DNA of 64,000 nt from an uncultured Nitrososphaerota archaeon (GTDB lineage: Archaea > Thermoproteota > Nitrososphaeria > Nitrososphaerales > Nitrosopumilaceae). The translations under genes were made by a program, and so were the position numbers. The stretch covers positions 608,001-672,000 of the forward strand of contig OY969559.1 in NCBI GenBank assembly GCA_963701075.1, read 5' to 3'. Shown piece after piece: positions 41,982 to 52,834 of this stretch; within the stretch, counting starts at the first letter, position 1, and every line of letters starts with the position of its first letter. The notes under the pieces were generated by a model that saw only the letters and a program-made list of their open reading frames with translations, was not told the origin of the DNA and ran no database searches.

Positions 41982-42653
41982 TTAAATTATCTTTATGCCT
42001 GGATTTTTCATTTTGTTCTTTATCATTGCGTTAATAAGAATTGGTGTTGCGGCTTCGGCAAGATATGAGAGAGACCCAGGTCCTAGTAAAATGGGTCTTA
42101 GGTTAGTTATCTCTTTGATTAAACCATTTACAACATTTATCGTATCATTATCATCTCCGCATACAAATATGTCTGAATCTAAGACAAGTTTTGTATCGAT
42201 AAGCTTCTTTTCCGAAATGGTGTGAAATGCGGCCACTAGGCGCGACTTGTTTTTCATATATTTCTGCACCAACTCAAAAGCAGAGGGCTTGTTTTCCCTA
42301 AACGAAATTAATTCAAAGCCTGCATCGGTTTTAGTGAGAGGCACTATCGGAGATATAACAATACAATCATCCTTGACATTTGGAAGAATCTGAGAACATA
42401 TCGCATCTATATTCTCATATGGGATGGAAAGTACTAACACGTCGCTCTCTTTTGCAGCAGAGATATTGTCCGTCCCTATTATCTTGCCCTTTGGAGATCC
42501 ATGCTCTTTAACTGCGCTGGCAAAATATTCACGAGCTACTTCATCCGCCTTTGAAGAATCTCTTGAACCTATCAGGATATCATGATTAATACACCATCGC
42601 AAAGCGAATCCTTTTCCCATTCCGCCTGTACCGCCAATTATTCCGATCTTCAT
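41982..42653 (-). CDS. npdG: NADPH-dependent F420 reductase
   Basis: IGIIGGTGGMGKG, IGSR, SPIVP, VAAFHTIS, VCGDD. Confidence 0.92.
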   Translation of the reverse strand: MKIGIIGGTGGMGKGFALRWCINHDILIGSRDSSKADEVAREYFASAVKEHGSPKGKIIGTDNISAAKESDVLVLSIPYENIDAICSQILPNVKDDCIVISPIVPLTKTDAGFELISFRENKPSAFELVQKYMKNKSRLVAAFHTISEKKLIDTKLVLDSDIFVCGDDNDTINVVNGLIKEITNLRPILLGPGSLSYLAEAATPILINAMIKNKMKNPGIKII

Positions 42654-42715
42654 TACACGGTGTCTCTAACAATCTTATTATTATCTCTATTCGACAAGTC
42701 GTCTCAGAATAAACA

Positions 42716-43331
42716 TTGTTTCTTTTTCTACGTCACGGACAGGCCAAAAATAATGTAGAACAAATTCTTGCAGGACGAGCGACAGGATATCCTCTAACAG
42801 ATCAAGGCATTAAACAAGCCGAAAAGATAGTCTGATTTTCTCAAACCATTTAACATATCTGCCATCTATTCAAGTCCAATAGAAAGAGCAGAACAAACTA
42901 CAAGTATTGTGGCAAAAAAACTGGGACTAGGTTATAGCATAGACGAAAGACTGACAGAAATCGACATGGGAACTCTATCTGGAATGACTTTTGATGACAT
43001 GTTTTCAAAACATGGAAATATTTTTCTCAAGTTTTATGAAGGACATCCAATAATAGAGAAAAATGGAATCGAACCCTTTGCCAGTATTAAAAAAAGAGTT
43101 CTTGACTTGGTCGAACATTGTTCTAAAAAACATCATGATGAAGATATATTATTTGTAACTCACATGGATCCAATCAAATCCATGCTTTCTACTGTCATGC
43201 AATTAAAGCCTGAATCTTTATACGAATTAATAATTAGAAATGCATCTTTGACCATGTTCAAAAAAGAACAATCTACTCTTTCTATAATATCAATTAACTC
43301 CATGTCTCCAGAACGTTACCAGAAAGAATGA
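42716..43331 (+). CDS. Histidine phosphatase (phosphoglycerate mutase family); apparent +1 frameshift at 42829-42833
   Basis: LRHGQAKNN from TTG 42716, YSSPIERA, LTEIDMG, VTHMD; repair gives EKIADFLKPF. Confidence 0.88.
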
Positions 43332-43423
43332 ATGCAAAATAGAGAATTATTTTTCAATACTGATCATATCTAAGATGTTTTAACAAACTAACATATTCTT
43401 TCTAACAGAACCAATATCTATGG

Positions 43424-44443
43424 GTGGACGTCATCATGAATAGATTGAAACTACTGATGGCAGGACTCTTGCTTTTTGTTATCATGAGCAGCTTTCTGAC
43501 CCAAGCTTATGCTGCATTAGAACCATTAGAACTATACACTGATTCTCAAGTATATTCAGAAGGTCAACCTCTTCTTGTATATGGTAAGGCTTTGTCAAAC
43601 GAGACTGTAATTCTTAGACTGTTTGCTCCAGATGGAACAATAAAACAATTCGATCAGATTACAGCTGACAGCAACGGAGACTTTAACCAAGTATTGATGC
43701 AATGGCCTAATGCAACAACGAATTATCCATATGGAACATATTCTGTAGAAGCAATTGCTACCAAAGAACAGGGATTCTCGCAAAACGTTGATGTAGCATT
43801 TGCATCATCTTCATCACTGATACATACTCAAATAAAGAGAACTGTATTAGTATCGGTTTATGCTCCCCAAACTGCAGCTGTTAACCAAACATTTCGAGTT
43901 TTTGTTCAGGTAACTAGCGATGGTCTGCTGGTAGCAGGCGATCCCACAAAACTACTTGCTAATTCTCACGTTCATCTTCCAAATGGAGACGTAACTGATC
44001 TCACCAATTCCTTTACCACTCTCCACCAAGGACTTTACTATGTTGACTTTACACCTACTCAAGAAGGCACCTATGTCTTTCATATTATTGCTCTCAGTCA
44101 AGGTACTGAATCTAATGGAGTAGCTGCTACACTAGTACTCAAGCAAAGCATAGAAGGAATTTCGAACCAAATCATAAGATTAAACTCTGTACTAAATACT
44201 ACATCAAGTGAACTTGATAAGATAAAAACAGAAGTTAAAGGTTTTGGATATGTATTGAACACAAGTCAGAATTCAATATCACAAGCAAATGAAAACATGA
44301 ACAAGAGTGTAACTTCAATGTCACAAACTGTACAAAACATTGAGGCGGCTTCGGGTCAATTTAATTCGCTTTTTCTACCAGTCGTTGCTTTGATTGCTGT
44401 AATCATTGCATTACAAATAACTATTCTTGCTAGGCGAAGATAA
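43424..44443 (+). CDS. Secreted/membrane-anchored hypothetical protein
   Basis: Signal-like N-terminus, beta-rich domains, coiled coil, C-terminal TM plus ARRR. Confidence 0.75.
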   Translation: MDVIMNRLKLLMAGLLLFVIMSSFLTQAYAALEPLELYTDSQVYSEGQPLLVYGKALSNETVILRLFAPDGTIKQFDQITADSNGDFNQVLMQWPNATTNYPYGTYSVEAIATKEQGFSQNVDVAFASSSSLIHTQIKRTVLVSVYAPQTAAVNQTFRVFVQVTSDGLLVAGDPTKLLANSHVHLPNGDVTDLTNSFTTLHQGLYYVDFTPTQEGTYVFHIIALSQGTESNGVAATLVLKQSIEGISNQIIRLNSVLNTTSSELDKIKTEVKGFGYVLNTSQNSISQANENMNKSVTSMSQTVQNIEAASGQFNSLFLPVVALIAVIIALQITILARRR

Positions 44444-44448
44444 CAGTA

Positions 44449-47400
44449 ATGGTAAATAACAAATCACGTAGGGTAATGTCAAAAGTAGCATTTTTTTTGA
44501 TATGTATTCTTCTAATATCTATAATTCCAAAACAGATTAACGCATATTATGATGTGGACATTCCAAACCAAATGCAAACTTCTGCTCCGGAACAAACATC
44601 TGGTCTAATAACTTTTCAGCCTGTTTCAGTCGAAAATTCTGAAAAGAGATACATAATTTTTGGTTCAGGACCAATTTCGGATATAGCACAAAGTGCCGAT
44701 AATCTAATTTATGGATTAAACTCTGGTCATGGATCATTTGCAGTAGGTATTTTCAATCCAGACGAAATCTCAAATCTAAAACTTGATGGTTATAACGTAA
44801 TTGAGGATCTTCCATTGGAATTCGATTCTGCGCAAATCAATTCTCCTGTGTCCAGTGATGTCTCTAGGGTAGGAGATATACTTGGTTCCAATAAGGTAAT
44901 TCAACAATATAATTACACAGGCAATGGTATCAAGGTGGGAATAGTTGATACTGGAACAGACTTTTCAAACCTTGATATGAAATCTTCTCTTGCCAGAGAT
45001 GAAAACAATATTCCTATCATGATTGATGCAGATGGTCAAGGACTAGTGTTAACAAATGCAACATTCATTGCAAATATTGGTAATAATGGTGTTATTCAAA
45101 ACTACACACAGCCAATTCCAAAAAATATAACCTCTTCTGTCTATGTAAATTCAAACGGAGTTTTTCTTGATCTAAATAGGGAAGGAAAAGGGACGAACAT
45201 CCCGGTATATAATTCACAATATCCTAAAGGTGGTACACCTGTAGTAAACGGGACAGTTTCTGATGATTACAAAATAGGCAAAGACGCAAGGCATTTTATT
45301 GTGTCAAAAAGCGGGATGTATCATTTTGGGATGATGTATGAAAGTGTTTCACAGGGCCAACTTTCAATACTACAATTAGTCCCTGTCCTCGTGGTTGACT
45401 CAAAGACACCAGGTGTATACGATACCATTATTCCAGACATGTATGATTCATACGAGGATTTTTTGAGACTTGAGAACGTTTTATCTCCAAAATATGATTT
45501 TGATTTCACTACACAAACACCAATTACATTAGGAAATGGAAACGAATTTTTAGTATATGATAAAAACCACGATGGAAATCCGATATACAGTGCGGGTACA
45601 GTTGGTGCACGAGTTCTTGATTTATACGGTGTAATTGCAAAATCAGCTAAAATCGATAAAAAAATTGGGGCAATAAACGGGACACTACTTCCTCCTCTTG
45701 ATCCACACGGTAATTTTTTTGGTGTAATGTATGATTATGGTGGACATGGAACTGCTACTGCAGCATCTATCACATCTCAAGGAAAACAGCAGTATGATAT
45801 CTATGGAAATTCCACAAAATATGTAATTCAAGGTATTGCCCCTGGAGCTAAGATAGTTCCAATAAAGGCATTATGGATTGGTGATGCGATATATGGATGG
45901 TTATGGGCAGCAGGATTTGATCAGAATGACAACCATTGGAAATTCTCAGGAAATACTCGAGTAGATATTTTATCTAACAGCTGGGGGATTTCCACTTTTC
46001 CTGCACTAGGGTCAGTGCCAGGTCTTGATATCCAGTCACTTTTACTTAGCGCACTTAATGTCCCAGGTTCACTGGATAAAAAATATCCTGGAATATTGAC
46101 TGTAAGTAGTTCAGGTAATGCTGGACCTGGATACGGAACAATAGGAAGTCCTGACGCTGCACCCTTTGGTCTTACGGTGGGGGCTGCAACTGATAATGTC
46201 TTTGTTGGTTATGGTCCTTTTAAGGGCCAACCAAGATTTGGAAATAATACTATTTACTATGGTGACATATCAGGTTTCTCAAGTAAGGGACCATCATTAA
46301 TAGGAGATCCAAAACCTGACATAATGGCAGTAGGAGAATACAGCTTTACACCAACCTCTGTTACAAAATACAGCAAAAATTCAACAGGATCGTTTTCTCT
46401 ATTTGGCGGAACAAGTCTTGCAGCTCCTCTTGTAGCCGGTTCAGCTGCAATCGTAATGCAAGCCTTACGCGACAAGGGAATTTCCTACAACCCATTTATG
46501 GTGCAAAACATACTAATGTCTACTGCAACAGATCTGGGAAATGATCCTTTTGCACAAGGATCTGGGCTAGTTAATGTAACAAGCGCAGTTAACTATGTAC
46601 TGGGAAATGATGATACGTTTGCAGTTTACAACAACGCGACATATTCTAATGTGCAGAAAATACTGGAACCAGCTATTCAGCTCAATGAACTCTTCTGCGT
46701 TTGGATTGAAGATGTTTCAGCTGAGGAAATACATCATTTCCAGAAACACCTTGGTTTGCTGGAAGACTATATCCAGGGGACAGAGCTACTGCAACCTTTA
46801 CCATTGAAAATCCAACCGATAATAATATCGAAATAACAATAGAGCCTCAAAAACTCGATCTGATGAAAATTTCTCAATATAATGGAACAACAGAACCTCG
46901 CTTACAGGATTCTCTAATTAAAAAACAAGGGGTTTACAGGCCTGATTATGTGCCACTTGCTCAAATAACAAACCATACAAACCTGCTGTCCTTTTTCCAA
47001 AAACAAAGTCCAATTCCGTATGATGCATCTTTGATGGTACTTGACCTTACATTCCCATTCTCCGAGTTCATGAATTCTTCTGCCAAAACCTACGCTGATG
47101 ACATGAAAATATCATCTCTCTATGTATATGACTGGAACAATAAGCACAATGATACTCAACCAACATACCAAGAACTCTCGCTTGTCAACAGGGGAGGTTC
47201 TTGGGGAACAGTTCAAGAGGTAAGAATTTCTGATCCGAATTCAAAATTTGGGCATATACCGCTAGTTGGCGTATACCCTGTACCTACAAGGTACTCATAT
47301 TGGTCTGGAGATACCAAGAAAAATTCTACTTCGATTGATTATACTATTACCGCTAGCTATTACAAAAAAACACAATGGAATGAGGTATGGCTTGATTCAA

Positions 47401-48710
47401 ACAACATGGAAGTAAAACCTCATAGCCAAGCCATCATGTCTGCCACTCTTGTTGTTCCATCTGATAAAAAAGCAGGAGTATACCAAGGATTTATCTCATT
47501 TCAAGATGGATCCCACACAGTTAACGTACCTGTATCATATGTTGTGTTAAAAAAATTACAACCAAAAGATCTACCAACTGTTATCCAGGGTTCAAATGGA
47601 AATCCTCTTTTTGGAAACGGCTATGTGGGAGGGGGATTTGACATGTCTAACCGTTATAATGCAGGTGATTGGAGGGAATATTATTTTAATATTGCTGACA
47701 AAACCATAAACACAGCTACAATGATTTTTTCTTGGAAAGATCCTGACACTAATTTATCAGTATTTGTCATTGATCCACAAGGAAGAATAATTCAAACAAA
47801 TGTTCCAGCTGGAGTATTGGGGCAATTTCAGGGATGGCCAAGTGGAGACTGGCTAGGTCCAAGCACGCCGTTTAGCGAAGGAGGAGGATTTTATCCAGTA
47901 AAAAATAAAGATGCGACATCAACCGAAGTTTATGCGCCAATTAATCAAACAGGGGTATATTCTGTCCTGATTCATACTACACTGTTTGGAGGAGAATCGG
48001 TTGTAGAACCAATAACAATGGCATCCAAGTTTTCAACCATTTTACCAAGCGAGAATTCACCACAGATAAATCTGGAAATTCCACAATTCATCAACAATAC
48101 CTACAAGATCACGCCAACAATAATTGGCCAAAATATACAAGATGAGAAATATTATCTAGATTCATCGGAACCAAAGATACTTAATGAAACTGCATTTTCA
48201 ACAATAGTTGAAAATCTCTCAGAGGGATCACACGATCTTAAAATTGTTGTATCAGATACAGTAGGGCATGTTGTTTCAAAGGATTTCAAATTTGTAGTAG
48301 ATAATACGCCACCAATAATTATTTTCGAGTCGCCAGTAAATGGTTCTACCGTTTCAGGGATAATCAATGTTAATCTAAGTATCAATGAAACCAATCCATT
48401 GGAAAAGGACTGGCTTGCAGTAAATCTTCCGGGCCAGACAGTTTTTGATAATGACACAATACAATATGACACTAGAACACTTCAGAATGGACCGTACTAT
48501 ATCACGGCTGTTGCTAAAGATAAAGCCGGAAACGTTGCTAGCGAAAAGATCGCAATTAACGTAAATAATTCTATTCCAAGTACTGGCTCTGTACAAGGCA
48601 AAAGCGATCAGAATTTTACAACTTTGATCGAAATATTGGTTGGAATTACAATAGCGTCTTTGATATCCTTTATTACTTTTAAAAAATTCAGATTTTTAAG
48701 AAGAACCTAG
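44449..48710 (+). CDS. Large membrane-anchored S8 subtilisin-like protease; two apparent +1 frameshifts at 46678-46682 and 46719-46723
   Basis: Triad IVDTG, GHGT, GTSLAAP; repaired junction EPAISSMNSSAFGLKMFQLGNTSFPETPWFAGRL joins ORF 46863-48710; Ig-like domain and C-terminal TM. Confidence 0.9.
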
Positions 48711-48749
48711 ACAAGATTTATATGCAATTTTTTAATCACGAAGCTTTGG

Positions 48750-49355
48750 ATGGCTGAACAAGATACTAGGGGTACAGTCACTAGGCGAGACTTTCTTAAA
48801 CTTCTAGGCGCTGCGGGTGTTGCAACTACTTTTGCACCCTTTGTTCCATGGGGCCAATTCATGCCAAACCCTTCAAACATAGTGCCATCAAGAGTTCAGG
48901 TAATATTGCCAGACGGAACAGTGGCCAACGTTAAGACTTTTCCAAAGAATAGTTCTGAAGTTATAACATATCCGAAAAGTGGAGATCCAGTTCTTGATCA
49001 AGAGGCATTTAAACAGTGGCAGTTTGTTCGACTACCTTCCGAGTTAGGCGGTGACGCAGAGGATGTCAGTGCTTTTCGTGTTTATAGTATGGTATGTTTA
49101 CATTTGTGGTGTTTGTGGAAATACTGGCCTCAGGATGGTAGGAAAAGAGGAGAATGTCCCTGTCACGGAAGCATGTATAATATGATAAATGGAAAAGCAT
49201 TTGCAGGTCCTGCATCTCTTCAAGCTCCTCCATCAAATGTACTAGCAACACTTTATCTTGAAGCTGATGACACTGGAGATCTATGGATATTGCCAGCAGT
49301 GTGGAATGTCAACGAAAATGGAATAGTGGGATATGGTCGTTTCCTTAAAACGTAG
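48750..49355 (+). CDS. Rieske iron-sulfur subunit of complex III, Tat-exported
   Basis: TRRDFLK, CLHLWC and CPCHGS. Confidence 0.95.
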   Translation: MAEQDTRGTVTRRDFLKLLGAAGVATTFAPFVPWGQFMPNPSNIVPSRVQVILPDGTVANVKTFPKNSSEVITYPKSGDPVLDQEAFKQWQFVRLPSELGGDAEDVSAFRVYSMVCLHLWCLWKYWPQDGRKRGECPCHGSMYNMINGKAFAGPASLQAPPSNVLATLYLEADDTGDLWILPAVWNVNENGIVGYGRFLKT

Positions 49356-50898
49356 AAGCGGGTTTGCAGATTTCTGCTACTGGATATGGGACGGGTTAGA
49401 GAGAACTGTATTCATTGGTACAAAGTTCTCATTTCCAGCTAGATTTGTGAGTCCATTTGGATTCCTTGGAATGTTGACATTTGTCATGTTCATAATACTG
49501 GGAGTTACTGGTGCATTGCTGATGTTCTATTATGAACCGATATTGGATAGGGCGTGGGACAGTGTAGTGAAAATCAATAATACTGTTCCATATGGGTTCA
49601 TGATCAGAAATATTCATTATCATGCATCAAACGCAATGGTTCTTCTCGCAGTTCTTCACATGTATTATCAGTATTTTAGTGGAAGATACAAGATAAGAAA
49701 TGAGATTATCTGGGTAACAGGAGTTGTACTGGGAACAGTAACAATTCTAGAGGCCTTTACTGGTTATGACATCATCTTCAGTGAACGTGCAGAGCTTGCA
49801 ATTAGCATTGCAGCTTCGCTTACTAATTCTATGCCTGTAGTTGGGCCCACCATACGCGATGCAATGTTTGGTTCTGGCTTTGCAGACTTCATATTGAGAT
49901 TCTATACGTTACATGTCTTCATTTTACCAGTAGTAATGCTTGGATTGATGGCAGTACACCTGCCTAGATTCATGGTATTTGACGTACCAATGGTGATGGC
50001 AATTTCTGGTGCAGTGTTAATAACAGGTGGAGTGTTTCCAGTTGACCTGGGCTCAAAGTTCCAGCCCACTGTACCGCCAGGTATCACTGTACCTGAATGG
50101 TATCTTACGGGAATCTACGCTTTCCTTAGAACTGAATATGATAAATTTGTAACTGGAGTTTTGTGGCCAGGTGTATTCATTGTAGCGCTAGCTATGACAC
50201 CATTCATTGACCGGTACAAGAAATTCTCTTGGAAAGAAAGACCACTAGTTACAGCCTTTGGAATAACTGGTATAACCCAAGTCATGGTAACCACTTATTG
50301 GGGATTTTACATCTCGCCAGATGTTACAAAACCACTAGTTGCCAGGCTTGTGATAGATCCAATATTCTTCTACTCTATAATGTTACTTCTTATACCGATT
50401 GGCTTTGGATTTTCATACATGATGATATCACTTGCCAAGGAAGCAGAAAGAAAGGCAAAATTAGCAGCTTCAAAAGGACCTCATAAAACAGCCCAGATAA
50501 ATTTCTCAGGTAAATGGATAAACTGGCTTATCGTTGCCCTCCTGATATTTCAAGTGTACATAAACATCGCTGCCTACAACGCCGTATTGGCAGGTATGAA
50601 AAACTTTTCGTTATTCTTGGTAGGACTAGGTCTCATGGTGTTTGCTGGTATGTTCCATCTCTACAGATATGGTCTAAGCGAGGCAAAGAAGGCACCTGCG
50701 CCTCCTCCACAACCACAAGCCGAATCTCCAAAGTCATTAGAAGGACCTGAACTAGCAGGAAAAGTACCACCGCCAAAGGAAGATTCTATAAAACCGCCAC
50801 CATCTCAACCGTCTGCGATCGCACCTGAAATAAAAGTCGCGAACCTAGAGAATTTGAAAGATTCCGTAATAGGCAAGTCTGACCTCAAAAATCCCTAG
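49333..50898 (+). CDS. Cytochrome b of complex III
   Basis: IRNIHYHASN, LHMY, RFYTLH, AVH, PEWY. Confidence 0.95.
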   Translation: MVVSLKRRSGFADFCYWIWDGLERTVFIGTKFSFPARFVSPFGFLGMLTFVMFIILGVTGALLMFYYEPILDRAWDSVVKINNTVPYGFMIRNIHYHASNAMVLLAVLHMYYQYFSGRYKIRNEIIWVTGVVLGTVTILEAFTGYDIIFSERAELAISIAASLTNSMPVVGPTIRDAMFGSGFADFILRFYTLHVFILPVVMLGLMAVHLPRFMVFDVPMVMAISGAVLITGGVFPVDLGSKFQPTVPPGITVPEWYLTGIYAFLRTEYDKFVTGVLWPGVFIVALAMTPFIDRYKKFSWKERPLVTAFGITGITQVMVTTYWGFYISPDVTKPLVARLVIDPIFFYSIMLLLIPIGFGFSYMMISLAKEAERKAKLAASKGPHKTAQINFSGKWINWLIVALLIFQVYINIAAYNAVLAGMKNFSLFLVGLGLMVFAGMFHLYRYGLSEAKKAPAPPPQPQAESPKSLEGPELAGKVPPPKEDSIKPPPSQPSAIAPEIKVANLENLKDSVIGKSDLKNP

Positions 50899-50951
50899 CA
50901 TACGGTATGGCATATAACTTTATAAGACTATTAAAAAAGATCAACGACTAG

Positions 50952-51419
50952 TTGAGCGTTCCAACATCAAGCCACGCATATGGAATAGCATTGATTGCAG
51001 TTATAGTGGGAGCAGCAGTTGGCATTTCATACTATCAACAATATTATATTCCAGAATTTAATGCCAAACCAATTATTCCAGAGAAAATTCTAAAACCTGG
51101 TCAAACCATGCAAATATCAATTGTTACTGGTTCCTCAAACCAAGACCAGCAACAAAACTTTGTTCCAAAGAAGCAAGACGCTCAGCTTGGTGTAAATAAT
51201 CTTGTAGTATGGACAAATCAGGATTCTGTCGCACATTATGTTACTCCTGATAAACCATTCAAGGATGCATATAGTGGCGATTTTGGTTCCGATGCAATAT
51301 TGCCTGGAAAACAGTACACCTTCTTGTTTACGCAACAAACCACTCTTCCATATTATTGTGAGGTTCACCCATGGATGAAAGGAGAAATTGACATAGTTCC
51401 AGGGGCACTAACATCTTAG
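50952..51419 (+). CDS. Membrane-anchored plastocyanin-like blue copper protein
   Basis: WTNQDSVAH...YYCEVHPWMKG type-1 Cu ligands; follows cytochrome b. Confidence 0.92.
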   Translation: MSVPTSSHAYGIALIAVIVGAAVGISYYQQYYIPEFNAKPIIPEKILKPGQTMQISIVTGSSNQDQQQNFVPKKQDAQLGVNNLVVWTNQDSVAHYVTPDKPFKDAYSGDFGSDAILPGKQYTFLFTQQTTLPYYCEVHPWMKGEIDIVPGALTS

Positions 51420-51447
51420 TAAAATTGTAAAAAACTAGATCTATCGT

Positions 51448-51798
51448 TTAGAGAATTAATTTTGCAAACAAAATATCGCTTTCTATTTCCTTATGTTCCT
51501 GTATTATTGAAGCTCTAAACTTCACCTCATGAGGCTCCTTTGGTTCAAACTCAACTGAAGCTGTAAATTCAACAGAATTTTGTGGCATATCATTTCTATT
51601 GATAAATAGTCGTGAGACATTCTGCGATATTGCCTTGTTATTGTATGATTTGTATACTATGAGTTGATTAGAATTTAATATCTGCGTATTTACGACTATG
51701 CCATCGTATCTGCCGGGATAATTTACCTGTACTCTGCCTTTGATTATTTCGTGAGACTTTATGTTCAAATTTTCCAATTTTAGCTCTATGTCTTTCAT
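51448..51798 (-). CDS. Hypothetical protein
   Basis: 116-aa ATG ORF, no recognised motif. Confidence 0.7.
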   Translation of the reverse strand: MKDIELKLENLNIKSHEIIKGRVQVNYPGRYDGIVVNTQILNSNQLIVYKSYNNKAISQNVSRLFINRNDMPQNSVEFTASVEFEPKEPHEVKFRASIIQEHKEIESDILFAKLIL

Positions 51799-51877
51799 AA
51801 TGTGATTCCAAAGTTGAAGATAATAAATTGTAGTAATGTTGTATTTTTTTAAAAAATAATATTCAAGACTCTAAAAG

Positions 51878-51952
51878 CGGGCCCGAAGGGCTTCGATCCC
51901 TTGACCACTGGATTAGAAGTCCAGCACTCTGTCCAAGCTGAGCTACAGGCCC
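51878..51952 (-). tRNA. tRNA-Arg(TCT)
   Basis: GGGCCTG/CGGGCCC acceptor, anticodon arm CTGGA-CTTCTAA-TCCAG. Confidence 0.94.
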
Positions 51953-51987
51953 AAATATCGGGCAATTAGTAGCCATATTAAGGGTTT

Positions 51988-52833
51988 TTACAACCATTTC
52001 TTTTTGTTGAGATCTCTTTCCATTTTGAAAAGAAATTGTTGTGAATACCCTGCATAGGGTCCAAAATGTTCTACAATTTTTTCATGTAGACTATTGTGTT
52101 TTTTTTCTGTTAGAGATTTTCCATGTATCCCGTCAAATACATTTGGATAATATTTTTGTAAAATTCTCTGTGTCCATCTATCTATAGGAAAAGATTCCAA
52201 CTTGTCAAGTGAAAACAAAAGTATACAGTCTGCAATTTTGTTGCCAATACCTCGTACTGTCTTCAGGGTCTCTAACGCCGATTTGTAGTCTGTTTTCCTT
52301 AGTGACTCAAACTCTATTTTTCCCAAGTTTACAGCCTTGATTGCCTCTCTTACGTATTTTGCTCTGAATCCAAGGCCGCATGAGAGTAAATCTTTGGTAG
52401 TAGCATTTGCTAGCATTTCTGCACTAGGGAAAGTAGAAAATTGCTGGTTTTCGAATTCTATTTTATTGCCAAATTTTTGGCAGAGTTTTATTAACATATT
52501 TTTGATGTTTTGTATGGATGAGTTGGATGAACATATGAATGAAATATAGCACTGAAAAGGATCTTGTCTTATCAATCTCAAACCCGGAAACTGTTTTACT
52601 GTAGTGCCCACAAGACTATCTCTGCTAATCTCTGATAGTATATTATTCAGATTATCATCCTGTCTAAAAAAGAAGCGAACGCTTTTTGAAGACGAACCTA
52701 TTTGGAAGGGCTCTGTTATAACCAAAAGCTCGTCACCGTTAATACCAAACCATCTATCCTCAATCTTATTCCAGAGAAATACCTGACCACTATTGATTGT
52801 AAAATTTAGATCTACTGTGGGATTATTCCGCAT
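51988..52833 (-). CDS. 8-oxoguanine DNA glycosylase (OGG1-like, HhH-GPD)
   Basis: SGQVFLW, GLRLIRQDP, GLGFRAKY, GIGNKIADCILLF, FPID, YAGYSQQFLF. Confidence 0.92.
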   Translation of the reverse strand: MRNNPTVDLNFTINSGQVFLWNKIEDRWFGINGDELLVITEPFQIGSSSKSVRFFFRQDDNLNNILSEISRDSLVGTTVKQFPGLRLIRQDPFQCYISFICSSNSSIQNIKNMLIKLCQKFGNKIEFENQQFSTFPSAEMLANATTKDLLSCGLGFRAKYVREAIKAVNLGKIEFESLRKTDYKSALETLKTVRGIGNKIADCILLFSLDKLESFPIDRWTQRILQKYYPNVFDGIHGKSLTEKKHNSLHEKIVEHFGPYAGYSQQFLFKMERDLNKKKWL

Positions 52834-52834
52834 T

